From contig JAKFBU010000073.1 of NCBI GenBank assembly GCA_036676985.1, positions 32,001-96,000 on the forward strand: DNA of 64,000 nucleotides, read 5' to 3'. This document shows positions 51,151-61,500 of the stretch, one piece after another (position 1 is the first letter of the stretch; the number at the start of each line of letters is the position of its first letter). The notes beneath the pieces were generated by a model. The model had not been told where the DNA came from. It did not search any database and saw only the letters and a list, made by a program, of their open reading frames with translations. The position numbers and the translations under genes are program-made. The stretch comes from Candidatus Sericytochromatia bacterium. GTDB taxonomy: Bacteria; Cyanobacteriota; Sericytochromatia; S15B-MN24; UBA4093.

Positions 51151-53208
51151 GTGCGCCGCCCCCGACCGGCGATCGTCCAGGAACGGTGTTCGATGGGCTC
51201 CACCGAGTGGTCTACCATCATTAGGTTTCGCGCCATCGCCCTTGTGGCCGGCGGGTTCGTCACCGTCATGAGCCTCTTGATCCTCTTCGGCTGGGTCATC
51301 GGGGAGCCGACGTTCATCCGCTTGTTCGGTCCGACGCCCATCTCGCCCATCTCCGCATTCTGCTTCCTGCTGCTGGGGCCGGCACTCCTGGTTTCCCTGC
51401 ATCCCAGCCCCCTTGCCTCTCGGCTGCGCTGGTGGCTGGCCCTGCTGCCCCTCGGACTCGGGCTCTTCGTGCTCGCCGATCCCCTGATCGCCCTGGAGAC
51501 GGGACGCCCGCCCAGGATGATCCCCATGGCCGTGCCGCCCCAAGCATGGCAGGATGCCTGGCTCATGTCCTACACCACGGCGCTCGCCGTGGTGCTCCTG
51601 GCCGGCGCGCTGCTCCTTCGAGGCCGTGCGAGCAAGTCCCTCGCGCTCGTGGCCTTCGCCTTCTCCTACGTGGTGGACCTCGCGATGATCCTGCAGGTCC
51701 AGTACCTGTACGGCAGCATCGACTTCCTGCCGGGCATGCCGCTCACGCTGACCCTGAGCCTGGGCATCCTCCTCTCCCAGCCAGAGACGGGCTGGATGCG
51801 GGTCATGGCGAGTCCGACGCCGACGGGCATCATGCTGCGCCGCCTCCTGCCAATCGGGCTGGCGCTGCCGCCCCTGTTCGCCTGGTACTGGGACAAGCTT
51901 CAGGACAACCGCTTCCTCGAAACGCCGACCGGAACCTTCCTGCTGGTCATCGTCATGACGGCCCTCTTGCTGGCGTTCGTCTGGTGGAACGTTCACCCGA
52001 TCAACCGCCTCGAAGAAGCCCGCAAACGGGCCGAGGACGCCCTACGCCGCCGCGAGGCCGAGGCCCGCGAGCTCGCGGCCATCGTGGAGTCCTCGCAGGA
52101 CGCCATCGCCACCATGGACCCCCAGCTGCGCGCCATCACCTTCTGGAACGAAGGGGCCGAGAAGCTCTTCGGGTGGACCGCCGAAGAAGCGATCGGGCAG
52201 CCGCCCACGATCACCACGCCGCCCGAGCTCTTCCAGTCCTTCCAGCGCGCCGCGGAGCGGCTGCGCCAGGGGATCCCGATGGAGGTCTTCGACAGCATGG
52301 CGCTCTGCAAGGACGGCAGCCGGGTAGAGGTGTCCGCGAGCGTCTTTCCGATCAAGGATGACGAGGGACGGATCACCGGTTTCTCGACCATCCAGCGGGA
52401 CATCACCGAGCGCAAGCAGGCCGTCGAAGAGATGGCCCGCCGCACGGCCGAGCTGAGGAAGGCCAAGGAGCTGAACCAGCTCAAGGACCACTTCCTCTCC
52501 ACCATCTCCCACGAGATGAAGACGCCCCTGTCGCTCATCGTAGGCTACACGGAGCTCTTGGAAGACACCTGCCCCGGAACGCCGGTGGTGGAGGGGATCA
52601 AGGAGGGCAGCCGCCGGCTCACCGAGCACATCGACAACATCCTCGACTACAGTGCCCTCATCAGCGGCACGCTCCCCCTCTACCGAACGGAGGTCAACCT
52701 CGCCGAGATCGCGGAGAACGTCTCGGCGGTGGTCGCGGACGAGGTCCGGCAAAAGGACCAGACGATGGAGGTGGAGGTCGCCCCGGACACGCCCATCCTC
52801 TGCGGCGACTCGCGCCGGATCACCCAGATCCTGCACGAGCTCCTGAAGAACGCCGAGAAGTTCACGCCCGCCGGCGGCAAGATGGGCCTGCGCATCGCCC
52901 CGGAGGGCGACATGGTCCGCTTGGACGTCTGGGACACGGGCCCGGGCATCCCCGAGGACGACTTCGGTCGCATCTGGGAAGCGTTCAGCCAGCTGACCAT
53001 CGGGGATTCCGTCCGTACCGGCGGCCTCGGGCTGGGGCTGACCATCGTGAAGAAGCTCGTCGAGCTCCACGGGGGCCGGGTGGCCGTCGTGAGCCAGCTG
53101 GGACAAGGGAGCACCTTCTCGATCTTCCTGCCGATCGGACAGGAAGAGGTGCCTCCGCCGGCAGCCGGAGACGGGACCGGGCACGAGGCGCCGGGGCCCG
53201 CGGGCTGA
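51151..53208 (+). CDS. Membrane PAS sensor histidine kinase
   Basis: About 8 TM segments, PAS (LAAIVESSQDAI, WNEGAEKLFG), HEMKTPL, NAEKFT, GLGLGL; start possibly 51193. Confidence 0.9.
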   Translation: MRRPRPAIVQERCSMGSTEWSTIIRFRAIALVAGGFVTVMSLLILFGWVIGEPTFIRLFGPTPISPISAFCFLLLGPALLVSLHPSPLASRLRWWLALLPLGLGLFVLADPLIALETGRPPRMIPMAVPPQAWQDAWLMSYTTALAVVLLAGALLLRGRASKSLALVAFAFSYVVDLAMILQVQYLYGSIDFLPGMPLTLTLSLGILLSQPETGWMRVMASPTPTGIMLRRLLPIGLALPPLFAWYWDKLQDNRFLETPTGTFLLVIVMTALLLAFVWWNVHPINRLEEARKRAEDALRRREAEARELAAIVESSQDAIATMDPQLRAITFWNEGAEKLFGWTAEEAIGQPPTITTPPELFQSFQRAAERLRQGIPMEVFDSMALCKDGSRVEVSASVFPIKDDEGRITGFSTIQRDITERKQAVEEMARRTAELRKAKELNQLKDHFLSTISHEMKTPLSLIVGYTELLEDTCPGTPVVEGIKEGSRRLTEHIDNILDYSALISGTLPLYRTEVNLAEIAENVSAVVADEVRQKDQTMEVEVAPDTPILCGDSRRITQILHELLKNAEKFTPAGGKMGLRIAPEGDMVRLDVWDTGPGIPEDDFGRIWEAFSQLTIGDSVRTGGLGLGLTIVKKLVELHGGRVAVVSQLGQGSTFSIFLPIGQEEVPPPAAGDGTGHEAPGPAG

Positions 53209-53213
53209 CGGCG

Positions 53214-54449
53214 CTAGGCGTGCCGCTCTGCGGCGGGCGCGCCCACGGGCTCCGCGGGGTTCTTGACCCGCGCCATGCCGCGCGCCGTGAGCTGCGTCAG
53301 GGCGAACGCGAGCACCGAGCACAGGGCGATGCCCGCCACCATGGGCAGCGGCGAGCCGTCCGCGAAGCGTCCCGCGACGGCCATGACCCCGGCCCCCGAG
53401 ACCGAGTGCAGGGCCCCCATCAGGGCCGACGCCGCCCCGGCGTTCTCGCCGTGGTCGTCGAGCGCGAGGACGCCCGTGACCGGCATGAACAGGCCCAAGA
53501 AGCCATAGCCGACGAACAAGAGGGCGGCCATGACCTCAAGTTGGGCGAGTCCGAGGGCCATGACCACCGGCGCGGCCACCATCGACAGCACGAAGCCGAG
53601 GGCTCCCGCCTGCAGGACCCGGGTCATGCCGAAGCGACCCGCGAGCCAGCCGGTCAGCTGCGACGCCCCGAAGAAGGAGACGGCGTTGAGGGCGAAGAAC
53701 ATGGCGTAGGCCGTCGTCGAGAGGCCGTAGTGGTTGATGAGCACGAACGACGAGTTGGCCAGGTAGACGAAGAAGGCCGAGACGCCGAAGGCTCCGGCGA
53801 ACGTCAGGCCCATGAACTTGCGATCGCGCAGCAGATGCCAGTAGGCCACCAGGCTCTTGGACCAGGAGCTCTCGGCACGGTCCTCGGGCGGACGGGTCTC
53901 CTCGAGCTGCGTGAGGGCAAGGACGAGGCCCAAGAGGCCCGCGACGGCCACGGCTCCGAAGACGCCGCGCCAGCCCACGACCCCCATGATCAGGCTGCCC
54001 GTCAGCGGCGCCAGGATGGGCGAGATGCTGACGACGAGCATCAGCTGCGACATGAGCTGGGTGGCCTCCGGCCCCGTGTGCAGGTCGCGGACGATCGCCC
54101 GGGGGATCACCATCCCGGCGCACGCGCCGATGGCCTGGACGACGCGGCAGGCGATGAGGATCTCGATGGTGGGCGCGAGCGCGCAGCCGATGCAGCCGAG
54201 GATGAAGAGGACGAGGCCCGCCAAGATGGGGCTCCGGCGCCCGACGATGTCCGAAAGGGGGCCGTAGAAGAGCTGGCAGAGCCCCATGGGGATGAAGAAG
54301 GCCAACAGGCTCATCTGCACCGCCTCGGGGCTCGCCGCGAGGCTCTTGCCGATGGAGGGGAGGGCGGGAAGGTAGATGTCGATGGCGAAGGGGCCCACGG
54401 CCGTGATGAGGCCGAGGACGACGGCGAGGCGCAGCAGCTGAACGTTCAT
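53214..54449 (-). CDS. Bcr/CflA family MFS drug efflux transporter
   Basis: GPFAIDIYLPALP, YGPLSDIVGRR, RAIVRD, PILAP, AGAASAL.G. Confidence 0.92.
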   Translation of the reverse strand: MNVQLLRLAVVLGLITAVGPFAIDIYLPALPSIGKSLAASPEAVQMSLLAFFIPMGLCQLFYGPLSDIVGRRSPILAGLVLFILGCIGCALAPTIEILIACRVVQAIGACAGMVIPRAIVRDLHTGPEATQLMSQLMLVVSISPILAPLTGSLIMGVVGWRGVFGAVAVAGLLGLVLALTQLEETRPPEDRAESSWSKSLVAYWHLLRDRKFMGLTFAGAFGVSAFFVYLANSSFVLINHYGLSTTAYAMFFALNAVSFFGASQLTGWLAGRFGMTRVLQAGALGFVLSMVAAPVVMALGLAQLEVMAALLFVGYGFLGLFMPVTGVLALDDHGENAGAASALMGALHSVSGAGVMAVAGRFADGSPLPMVAGIALCSVLAFALTQLTARGMARVKNPAEPVGAPAAERHA

Positions 54450-54665
54450 GAGGCTCGATTCCAGAAGCCCCCTCGGGGGCGGCCATGCAGCGGCCACGGT
54501 GTCGCCATGATGAACGATTCAGCAGCCGACTCTATGTTTACCCCATCAGGGGGTGGATCATCGGTGATGGGAGTCGCTCGAACGCTTTACGCACCACCGT
54601 TTGCGGGCCAACCGGGCCATGGCCGGCGGCCCGGTCGGAGGTTCGACGGATGGGGCTTTTCCCCC

Positions 54666-55472
54666 TCAGCGCCAGCTGGGGGTCTCGTGGTTGCGCAGCC
54701 GGTTGGCGTCCTCCGAGGCCATCTGCATGGATTCCTGCACGGTCCGGACGAAGGATTGCTGCGGATCCAGCTCCAGACGGACCCAGGCGGTGTGGTTGGA
54801 GCGGTCGGCGTCCCGGAACTTGTTCGACGGATCGTAGAGGTTCACCAGGTAGTACTCGCCGCGCGGGAGGTTGGCGACGGACAGCTCCTGGCCCGGCACG
54901 TCGCTCTTGTAGACGTCGCACCAGCCGGGCGAGATGCCCTGCAGCGTCGCGGTGCACTGCTGGTAGAAGCGCCCATAACTACGGTTCCCGTAGGTCACGG
55001 TGTCCTCGAGGCAAAAGCTCACCTTGGCGGACAGGGCGACGATGGGACCGGTCAAGGAGCCTTGGCGCAGTTCGTAGCGGCTCACCTGGTCGACGTGGAA
55101 GTGGTTGTGTTCGGGATGGCGTTCGAACACGCCCGTCGGCGCCGTCTCCACGACGTTGCCACGCGTGTCGAGGATCTCTTGCGTCGAAATGGTCCGGTCT
55201 CCCTCCGGGCGCGCCCTCACCTGCAGGGGGCCGTTGCCGATGTTGGCCATGGAGGTGGTGAAGCGAATCGTCGGCCTGCCGTCCTGCACCTGAAGGTAAA
55301 CCGACTGGGGGGGCAGCGCCAGCATGTCCGGATAAAAGTTGGTGTTCGCCTGCTGCGTGAGCCGACGGTCGGTGCCGAACACGCGCGGCGGCCGCGCCGC
55401 CTCATTTGGCAGGTCCGAACACCCGATGATCAGGAGCGTGCCAAGACAAGCGTAAAGCATCCGGGATTTCAC
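54666..55472 (-). CDS. Lysyl oxidase-like lipoprotein
   Basis: Lipobox IIGC; N.GNGP, HNHFH Cu site, AKVSFCLED (LTQ Lys), QGISPGWCDVY (LTQ Tyr); GTG start with SD AGGAGG. Confidence 0.85.
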   Translation of the reverse strand: MKSRMLYACLGTLLIIGCSDLPNEAARPPRVFGTDRRLTQQANTNFYPDMLALPPQSVYLQVQDGRPTIRFTTSMANIGNGPLQVRARPEGDRTISTQEILDTRGNVVETAPTGVFERHPEHNHFHVDQVSRYELRQGSLTGPIVALSAKVSFCLEDTVTYGNRSYGRFYQQCTATLQGISPGWCDVYKSDVPGQELSVANLPRGEYYLVNLYDPSNKFRDADRSNHTAWVRLELDPQQSFVRTVQESMQMASEDANRLRNHETPSWR

Positions 55473-55838
55473 CGTTCCTCCTTTCCAGCCGATGCGTGGA
55501 CGAGGCAGGGGCACAACGGTAGCAAAGCCCTCCGCGGAGGGCGAAGGTCCCGATGCCTAACCGAAACCGTCACCGATCTGTCGTGCGTTCCCGGCCGGGA
55601 GGCCGATCGGTCGCATGGGCCACCCGTCAACGCCCTCTGCCACGGTCCTTGGCCCCGGGCGCTCCGACTCGCCGCCCCACTTGCCAGCCACCCATGCACA
55701 CCGCATGATGCTCATGTAAGGCACTGACTGCCCGGAATTCGCACGGTGAATGGCCGCCGCAGTCGCACCCCGTACCGCGCCCCGTGGCTCCGATCGTCGA
55801 GCGACGTCACGGGGGCGGCCCGGCTCGATAGGCACCCG

Positions 55839-57065
55839 ATGAAGCACCCCTGCCTCCTCGCCTTCACGCTCGCCCTCGGCCTGTGGCCGTGCGCGGCGCT
55901 CGGCGCCGACGTCCTGACCCTGCCGGCGGCCATCGAGCGAGCGACGGCACGGCACCCGTCGCTGCGCGTCGCCGCGGCCGAGCTCGACGTCGCGCGTGCC
56001 AAGGAAGCCCAGGCTCTGGCCAACCCGAACCCGTCCGTCCTGCTCCAGGCAGCGGAGATGCCCGTCGCCAATCCGGCGAACGGCAACCTGATGGCCGGCG
56101 TGAGCCTTGCCTTGCCGGCGGGCGGAGCGCAGGCCGCCCGCGCGGAGATCGCCCGGCTGGAGGGACTGGCCGCGACGACCGAGCTCCAGGCGCAACGCCG
56201 CGACGTCGTCGCCGAGGTCAAGTCGGCCTATGCGCAGGTCGGCCATCACACCGCCCGCGTCCGCCTGGCCCGCGAAGCGCTCGACGACGCCGAGCGACTG
56301 GTGACGGCTGCCCAGACGCGCTACGACGCAGGGGACGTCGCGCGCGGCGAGGTCTTTCGAGCGGAGGTCGAGCGCAACCGCGCCCGTCGGGAACTCTTGG
56401 TGGCCGAAGGCCTGCTTTCTCTCGCCAACCGGCGGCTCGGCCTGTTGATCGGGCAGGATCCCGGCGAGGAGGTGACGCTCGCCGACCTCCCCGCTCCCTC
56501 CGGACGCCAGTTTCCGCCCATCGCCGACCTCAGGGCCCGCACGACCACCTGGCGTCCCGAGCTGCGGCGGGCGGAGTTGGACATCCAGGTGGCGGAGCAG
56601 CAGCGGGCCTCTGCCCAGGCGAGTGTCTGGCAGGGAACGGAGGTCTCGCTGTCGGGGGGACTGGCGGAGCAACAGCCGGCCGTCTCGACCACCCTCACGC
56701 TGCCCCTCCCCCTGTATGCCAACCAGGGTGAGATCGCCGAGGCGGAGGCTCGCAAGCGCCAGGCCGAGGCCCGTCTCGAGGCCTTGCGACTGCGCCTCGA
56801 GATCGAGCTGCAAGAGACCTACCAGGCGACGGTGATCGCTCTGACCCGCTACCACCTCGTCACGGAGGTCGACCTGCCGCAAGCCCGCGTCTTCGCCGAG
56901 AACGCCCGCCGTCGCTTCATGGCCGGAGAGGGCAGCGGCGTGGAGACGGTGGAGGCCCTGCGGACGCTGCGGGGGGTCGAAGGCGAGCAGCTGAGCGCCC
57001 TCTTGGAATATCATGAAGCCCTCGCGCGGCTCGAGAAGACCGTCGGCACCGACCTCGCCCCATGA
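55839..57065 (+). CDS. czcC: Heavy-metal RND outer membrane factor (CzcC-like)
   Basis: Signal peptide, LANPNP, RYDAGDV, LPLPLY.NQGEI; operon context. Confidence 0.75.
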   Translation: MKHPCLLAFTLALGLWPCAALGADVLTLPAAIERATARHPSLRVAAAELDVARAKEAQALANPNPSVLLQAAEMPVANPANGNLMAGVSLALPAGGAQAARAEIARLEGLAATTELQAQRRDVVAEVKSAYAQVGHHTARVRLAREALDDAERLVTAAQTRYDAGDVARGEVFRAEVERNRARRELLVAEGLLSLANRRLGLLIGQDPGEEVTLADLPAPSGRQFPPIADLRARTTTWRPELRRAELDIQVAEQQRASAQASVWQGTEVSLSGGLAEQQPAVSTTLTLPLPLYANQGEIAEAEARKRQAEARLEALRLRLEIELQETYQATVIALTRYHLVTEVDLPQARVFAENARRRFMAGEGSGVETVEALRTLRGVEGEQLSALLEYHEALARLEKTVGTDLAP

Positions 57066-58336
57066 AGGATCACCCCATGAACCCGTCCACGCTTTTTGCC
57101 GTCGCCCTGTTGTCCTTGGCGCTCGTCCTCACGGGCTGCAACCGTTCGGGCGGCGGTGAGGCCACCAAGACGCCCCCACACTCCGAGGAGCCGTCCGCAC
57201 ACCGAGAAGCGGAGGGCCAACACGCGGAGCACTCCGACGAGCACGCCGACCATGAGGAGGGCGGCCATCGCGAGGGCGTGGTCGAGTTCCCGCTGGAGAG
57301 CCAGCAGCAGGCAAAGCTCGAAGTCGTGGCCGTCGAGACGCGGCCGGTGGCCGAGGTCTTCACCACGACCGGTGAGTTCGAGGCCAACGCGGATCGCCTG
57401 GCCCATGTGAAGCCGGTCATGGCCGGTCGGGTCACGCGCGTCGCCCGGAGCGTCGGCGACCGGGTCGGGGCCGGAGACACGCTCGCGGTGATCCAGAGCG
57501 GGGAGCTCGGAGATGCGCAGGCCGCGTACCTCGAGGCCCAGTCCAACGTCGCCGGGGCCCAGGAGGCGGTCGAGCGCCAGCGGCGCCTCTTTGCGGACGA
57601 CCTCACGGCCCGCAAGGAGGTCGTGAGCGCGGAGAACGCCTTGCGGGTGGCCCGCATCGACTTGGAAAAGGCCCGCCACCGGCTCCAGGCGCTCGGCATG
57701 AGCGCCGATCGCATCCGCACGCTGGCACGCACCCACGAGCTGGACTCGACCCTTCCGCTGCGCGCCCCTCTTGCCGGGGTGATCATCTCCCGCCACCTCA
57801 CGCTGGGCGAGACGGTCGATCCGGCGAGCCCGGAGCCGGCGTTCGTCATCATCGACACCCGGCATCTCTGGGTCAATGCCAACCTCTACGAGAAGGACCT
57901 CGCGAGCGTCCGGGTGGGGCAGGCGGCCGACATCTCCACGCCCGCCTATCCCGGTCGCACGTTCCGGGGCAAGGTGTCGCTCATCAGCCCGGTCCTGGAT
58001 CCGGAGACCCGCACGGCCAAGGCCCGGATCGAGGTGTCCAATCCGGACGGCCTGCTGAAGCCCGAGATGTTCGCCAACGCCTCCATCCGGACCTCGACCC
58101 AGCGCTCAGCCGCCATACCGGCCAAGGCTTTGCTGCAGGACAAGGGAGAGACCTTCGTCTTCGTCCAGACGGGCGAGAGCACCTTCGAGAAGCGCGACGT
58201 GGGAGTCGGACCCGCCGCCGGAGGCCTCGTCCCCGTCCTATCCGGGCTCAAGGAAGGCGAGCGCGTCGTGACCGACGGTGCCTTCACCCTCAAGGCCGAA
58301 CTGCTCAAGGAGAGCTTCGGCGAGCACCACCACTAG
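57062..58336 (+). CDS. czcB: Heavy-metal RND adaptor (CzcB-like) with His-rich N-terminus
   Basis: Lipobox LTGC, HAEHSDEHADHEEGGH, LDPETRT, LKPEMFA, C-terminal EHHH. Confidence 0.8.
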   Translation: MKDHPMNPSTLFAVALLSLALVLTGCNRSGGGEATKTPPHSEEPSAHREAEGQHAEHSDEHADHEEGGHREGVVEFPLESQQQAKLEVVAVETRPVAEVFTTTGEFEANADRLAHVKPVMAGRVTRVARSVGDRVGAGDTLAVIQSGELGDAQAAYLEAQSNVAGAQEAVERQRRLFADDLTARKEVVSAENALRVARIDLEKARHRLQALGMSADRIRTLARTHELDSTLPLRAPLAGVIISRHLTLGETVDPASPEPAFVIIDTRHLWVNANLYEKDLASVRVGQAADISTPAYPGRTFRGKVSLISPVLDPETRTAKARIEVSNPDGLLKPEMFANASIRTSTQRSAAIPAKALLQDKGETFVFVQTGESTFEKRDVGVGPAAGGLVPVLSGLKEGERVVTDGAFTLKAELLKESFGEHHH

Positions 58337-58348
58337 AAGAGACGCCCC

Positions 58349-61300
58349 ATGATCGATTGGCTCATCAACCTCGCCTTCAAGCAGCGCCTGCTCGTGCTGG
58401 TCGCGCTGGTGCTCGTCTCGATCGCCGGTGTCCGGTCGGTCATGGAGCTTCCGATCGACGCCTTTCCGGACGTCACGAACAACCAGGTCCAGGTCCTGAC
58501 GAACGCGCGCGGGCTGGCTCCGGTCGAGGTGGAGAAGCTCGTGACGGCGCCCCTCGAGATCGCCATGCAGGGCATCCCGGACGTGGTCGAGATCCGCTCG
58601 ACCTCCAAGTTCGCCCTCTCCGTCGTGACGGTCGTGTTCGAGGAGCACGTCGACCCCTTCTTCGCGCGCCAGCTGGTGTTCGAACGGATCCAGCAGGCCC
58701 GCGACGAGCTCCCCGAGGGGATGGCCGAACCGGAGCTCGGGCCCATGACGAGCGGCATGGGCGAGATCTACATGTACACGCTCGAAGGCGACGGCTCGCA
58801 CGACCTGATGGAGCTGCGCACGCTGCAGGATTGGGTCGTCAAGCCGCAGCTGAGGACCGTCACGGGCGTCACCGAGGTCAACAGCTTCGGGGGACACCTG
58901 AAGCAGTACCAGGTCCTGATCGATCCGGCGAAGCTGGTGTCGTACCACCTCACGCTACACGACGTGCTGGAGGCGCTCGCCCAGACGAGCTCGGTAGCGG
59001 GCGGCAACTACATCGAGCACAACAAGGAGCAGTTCATCGTCCGCGGCCTCGGGCTCGCCGAGAGCATGGACGACGTGCGCCAGACGGTCGTGACCACGCG
59101 CCACGACGTCCCCATTTACGTCCGCGACATCGCCGTGGTGGAGCTCGGCCCCGAGGTCCGGCACGGGGCCGTCACGGCCGATGCCCAGGGCGAGGTGGTC
59201 TCGGGCATCGTCATGATGTTGCGGGGCGAGAACAGCCGCGCGGTCATCGAGCGCGTGAGGGCCAAGGTGGCCCAGATCAACGAGTCCTTGCCCGAGGGTG
59301 TCCGCGTCAAGCCCTACTACGACCAGACGGACCTCGTCCACAAGACCATCCGCACGGTCGAGACCAATCTCCTGGAAGGCGGCCTCCTGGTCGTGGCGGT
59401 GCTGTTCTTCTTCCTGAGGAACGTCCGAGCGGCCCTGCTCGTCGCGGCCACCATCCCGCTCTCGATGCTCTTCGCCTTCATCGGCATGCGCTGGCTGGGC
59501 CTCTCGGCCAACCTCATGACGCTCGGCGCCATCGACTTCGGGCTCATCGTGGACGGCTCGGTGGTCATGGTCGAGAACGCCATGCGCCGCCTCTCCCTGC
59601 CCGAGAACCAGGGGCGGAGCCGCCTGGAGGTCGTCAAGGAGAGCGCGCGCGAGGTGGGGAAGCCCATCTTCTTCGGCGTGCTCATCATCGTCCTCGTCTA
59701 CCTGCCCATCCTCACGCTGGAGGGGATGGAGGGCAAGATGTTCGCCCCCATGGCCCTCACGGTCGGTTTCGCGCTCATCGGGTCCCTGCTGCTCGCCCTG
59801 ATGGTGATCCCCGTGATCGCGGCCTGGGTCCTGCCGAGCCACGTCGACGAAAAGCCCCGTCGGCTCATGGGCCGGCTGGAGGCGATCTACCGGCGATCGC
59901 TCCACCAGGCCATGGGCCGCCGCTCCCTGACCCTCGGCGTGGCCCTGGCCGCGTTTCTCGGCAGCCTCGCGATGATTCCGCTCCTCGGCTCGGAGTTCCT
60001 GCCCGAGATGGACGAGGGATCGTACACGATCCAGACGATCCGCCTACCGAGCATCTCCCTGACCGAGTCCCTGGCCATGCAGCACGAGGTCGAAAAGGCT
60101 CTCCGGGAGTTCCCCGAGGTGGAGAGCGTCGTGTCCCGCACAGGGCGGGCCGACATCGCGAGCGACCCCATGGGCGTGAACCTCACGGACACCTTCGTGA
60201 GCCTCAAGCCCCGCTCGGAGTGGAAGCAGCCAAGCAAAGCGGCCCTCGAGGACGCCCTGCGCGAGCGCCTGGCCAGGATCCCCGGCGTCAACTACAACTT
60301 CACGCAGCCCATCGCCATGCGGGTCGACGAGCTGGTCTCGGGCGTGAAGTCGGACGTGGCCGTCAAGCTGTACGGGGAAGACCTCGACGTGCTGTCCCGG
60401 ACGGCCAACCGGATCGCGGCGGTGGTCCGCAAGGTGCCGGGCGCCCGGGAGGTCAACGTCGAGCAGGTGGAGGGCCAGACCTTCCTCAACATCCAGATCA
60501 ACCGCGCTGCCCTCGCGCGCTACGGCAGCTCCGTCCGGCACGTCCAGGAGCTCATCGAGGCGGCCATCGGGGGACGCACGGTCGGTGAGATCATCGAGGG
60601 CCAGCGCCGCTTCGACATCCTCGTGAAGTTCCCGGAGGAGCGCCGCGGCTCCGTCGAGGCCATCGAGGGCCTCATGATCGACACGCCGAAGGGCGGAATG
60701 GTGCCTCTCAGCCAGGTGGCCAGCATCCGCATGGAGGAGGGCCCGGCGCAGGTGAGCCGCGAGGACAGCCAGCGCCGGATCGTGGTCGAGGCGAACGTCG
60801 CCGGGCGCGACATCGGGTCCTTCGTCGCCGACGCCAAGCGGGCCATCCACCAGGAGGTCCAGGTCCCGGCCAACTACTTCGTGTCCTGGGGCGGCCAGTT
60901 CGAGAACCAGGAACGCGCCATGCGGCGCCTGGCCTTTGTGGTCCCCTTGTCGATCCTCATGATCTTCCTGCTGCTCTACTCCGCCTTCAACTCGCTCCGG
61001 ATGGCGTCCTTGGTGCTGCTCATCCTTCCCCTGGCGACGGCGGGCGGCATCCTGTCCCTGTGGCTGCGGGGCCTGCACCTGAGCGTCTCGGCGGCCATCG
61101 GCTTCATCGCCCTGTTCGGCATCGCCGTCCTGAACGGCATCGTCATGGTCAGCACCTTCAACCGCCTGCAGGAGGAGGGGCTCTCCGCGCGCGAGGCGGC
61201 CGAGGCGGGGGCGGTGAATCGCCTGCGCCCGGTCCTGATGACGGCGCTGGTCGCGAGCCTGGGCTTCGTCCCGATGGCGCTTTCGACGGGTGCGGGCGCG

Positions 61301-61462
61301 GAGGTCCAGCGTCCCCTGGCGACCGTGGTCATCGGCGGCCTGGTGTCGGCCACGCTCCTGACGCTCTACGTCCTGCCTATCCTCTATGCATGGCTGATCA
61401 GCCCGCGCAAGACGGCGGAAGGGGCCCAAGAGGTGGCCCTTCTGGATGGGCAGGCAACCTAG
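58349..61462 (+). CDS. czcA: Heavy-metal RND permease (CzcA-like, HME family)
   Basis: LPIDAFPDVT..QVQV, TM4 GAIDFGLIVDGSVVMVEN (CzcA-type, not CusA-type), RLRPVLMTA, GAEVQRPLATVV. Confidence 0.85.
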   Translation: MIDWLINLAFKQRLLVLVALVLVSIAGVRSVMELPIDAFPDVTNNQVQVLTNARGLAPVEVEKLVTAPLEIAMQGIPDVVEIRSTSKFALSVVTVVFEEHVDPFFARQLVFERIQQARDELPEGMAEPELGPMTSGMGEIYMYTLEGDGSHDLMELRTLQDWVVKPQLRTVTGVTEVNSFGGHLKQYQVLIDPAKLVSYHLTLHDVLEALAQTSSVAGGNYIEHNKEQFIVRGLGLAESMDDVRQTVVTTRHDVPIYVRDIAVVELGPEVRHGAVTADAQGEVVSGIVMMLRGENSRAVIERVRAKVAQINESLPEGVRVKPYYDQTDLVHKTIRTVETNLLEGGLLVVAVLFFFLRNVRAALLVAATIPLSMLFAFIGMRWLGLSANLMTLGAIDFGLIVDGSVVMVENAMRRLSLPENQGRSRLEVVKESAREVGKPIFFGVLIIVLVYLPILTLEGMEGKMFAPMALTVGFALIGSLLLALMVIPVIAAWVLPSHVDEKPRRLMGRLEAIYRRSLHQAMGRRSLTLGVALAAFLGSLAMIPLLGSEFLPEMDEGSYTIQTIRLPSISLTESLAMQHEVEKALREFPEVESVVSRTGRADIASDPMGVNLTDTFVSLKPRSEWKQPSKAALEDALRERLARIPGVNYNFTQPIAMRVDELVSGVKSDVAVKLYGEDLDVLSRTANRIAAVVRKVPGAREVNVEQVEGQTFLNIQINRAALARYGSSVRHVQELIEAAIGGRTVGEIIEGQRRFDILVKFPEERRGSVEAIEGLMIDTPKGGMVPLSQVASIRMEEGPAQVSREDSQRRIVVEANVAGRDIGSFVADAKRAIHQEVQVPANYFVSWGGQFENQERAMRRLAFVVPLSILMIFLLLYSAFNSLRMASLVLLILPLATAGGILSLWLRGLHLSVSAAIGFIALFGIAVLNGIVMVSTFNRLQEEGLSAREAAEAGAVNRLRPVLMTALVASLGFVPMALSTGAGAEVQRPLATVVIGGLVSATLLTLYVLPILYAWLISPRKTAEGAQEVALLDGQAT

Positions 61463-61500
61463 CGCTCCCAGGGATGAACGCAAAAAATTGGCTTTAGGGT

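Noticed and set aside
55473-55838. NiCo riboswitch or CzcI-like leader upstream of czcC
   Set aside because: Conserved NiCo core not recognised by eye and no credible ORF with an SD; needs cmscan to exclude fully
58349-61462. cusA (Cu/Ag) assignment
   Set aside because: TM4 motif DFGLIVDGSVVMVEN matches divalent-cation CzcA-type pumps; no cusF adjacent
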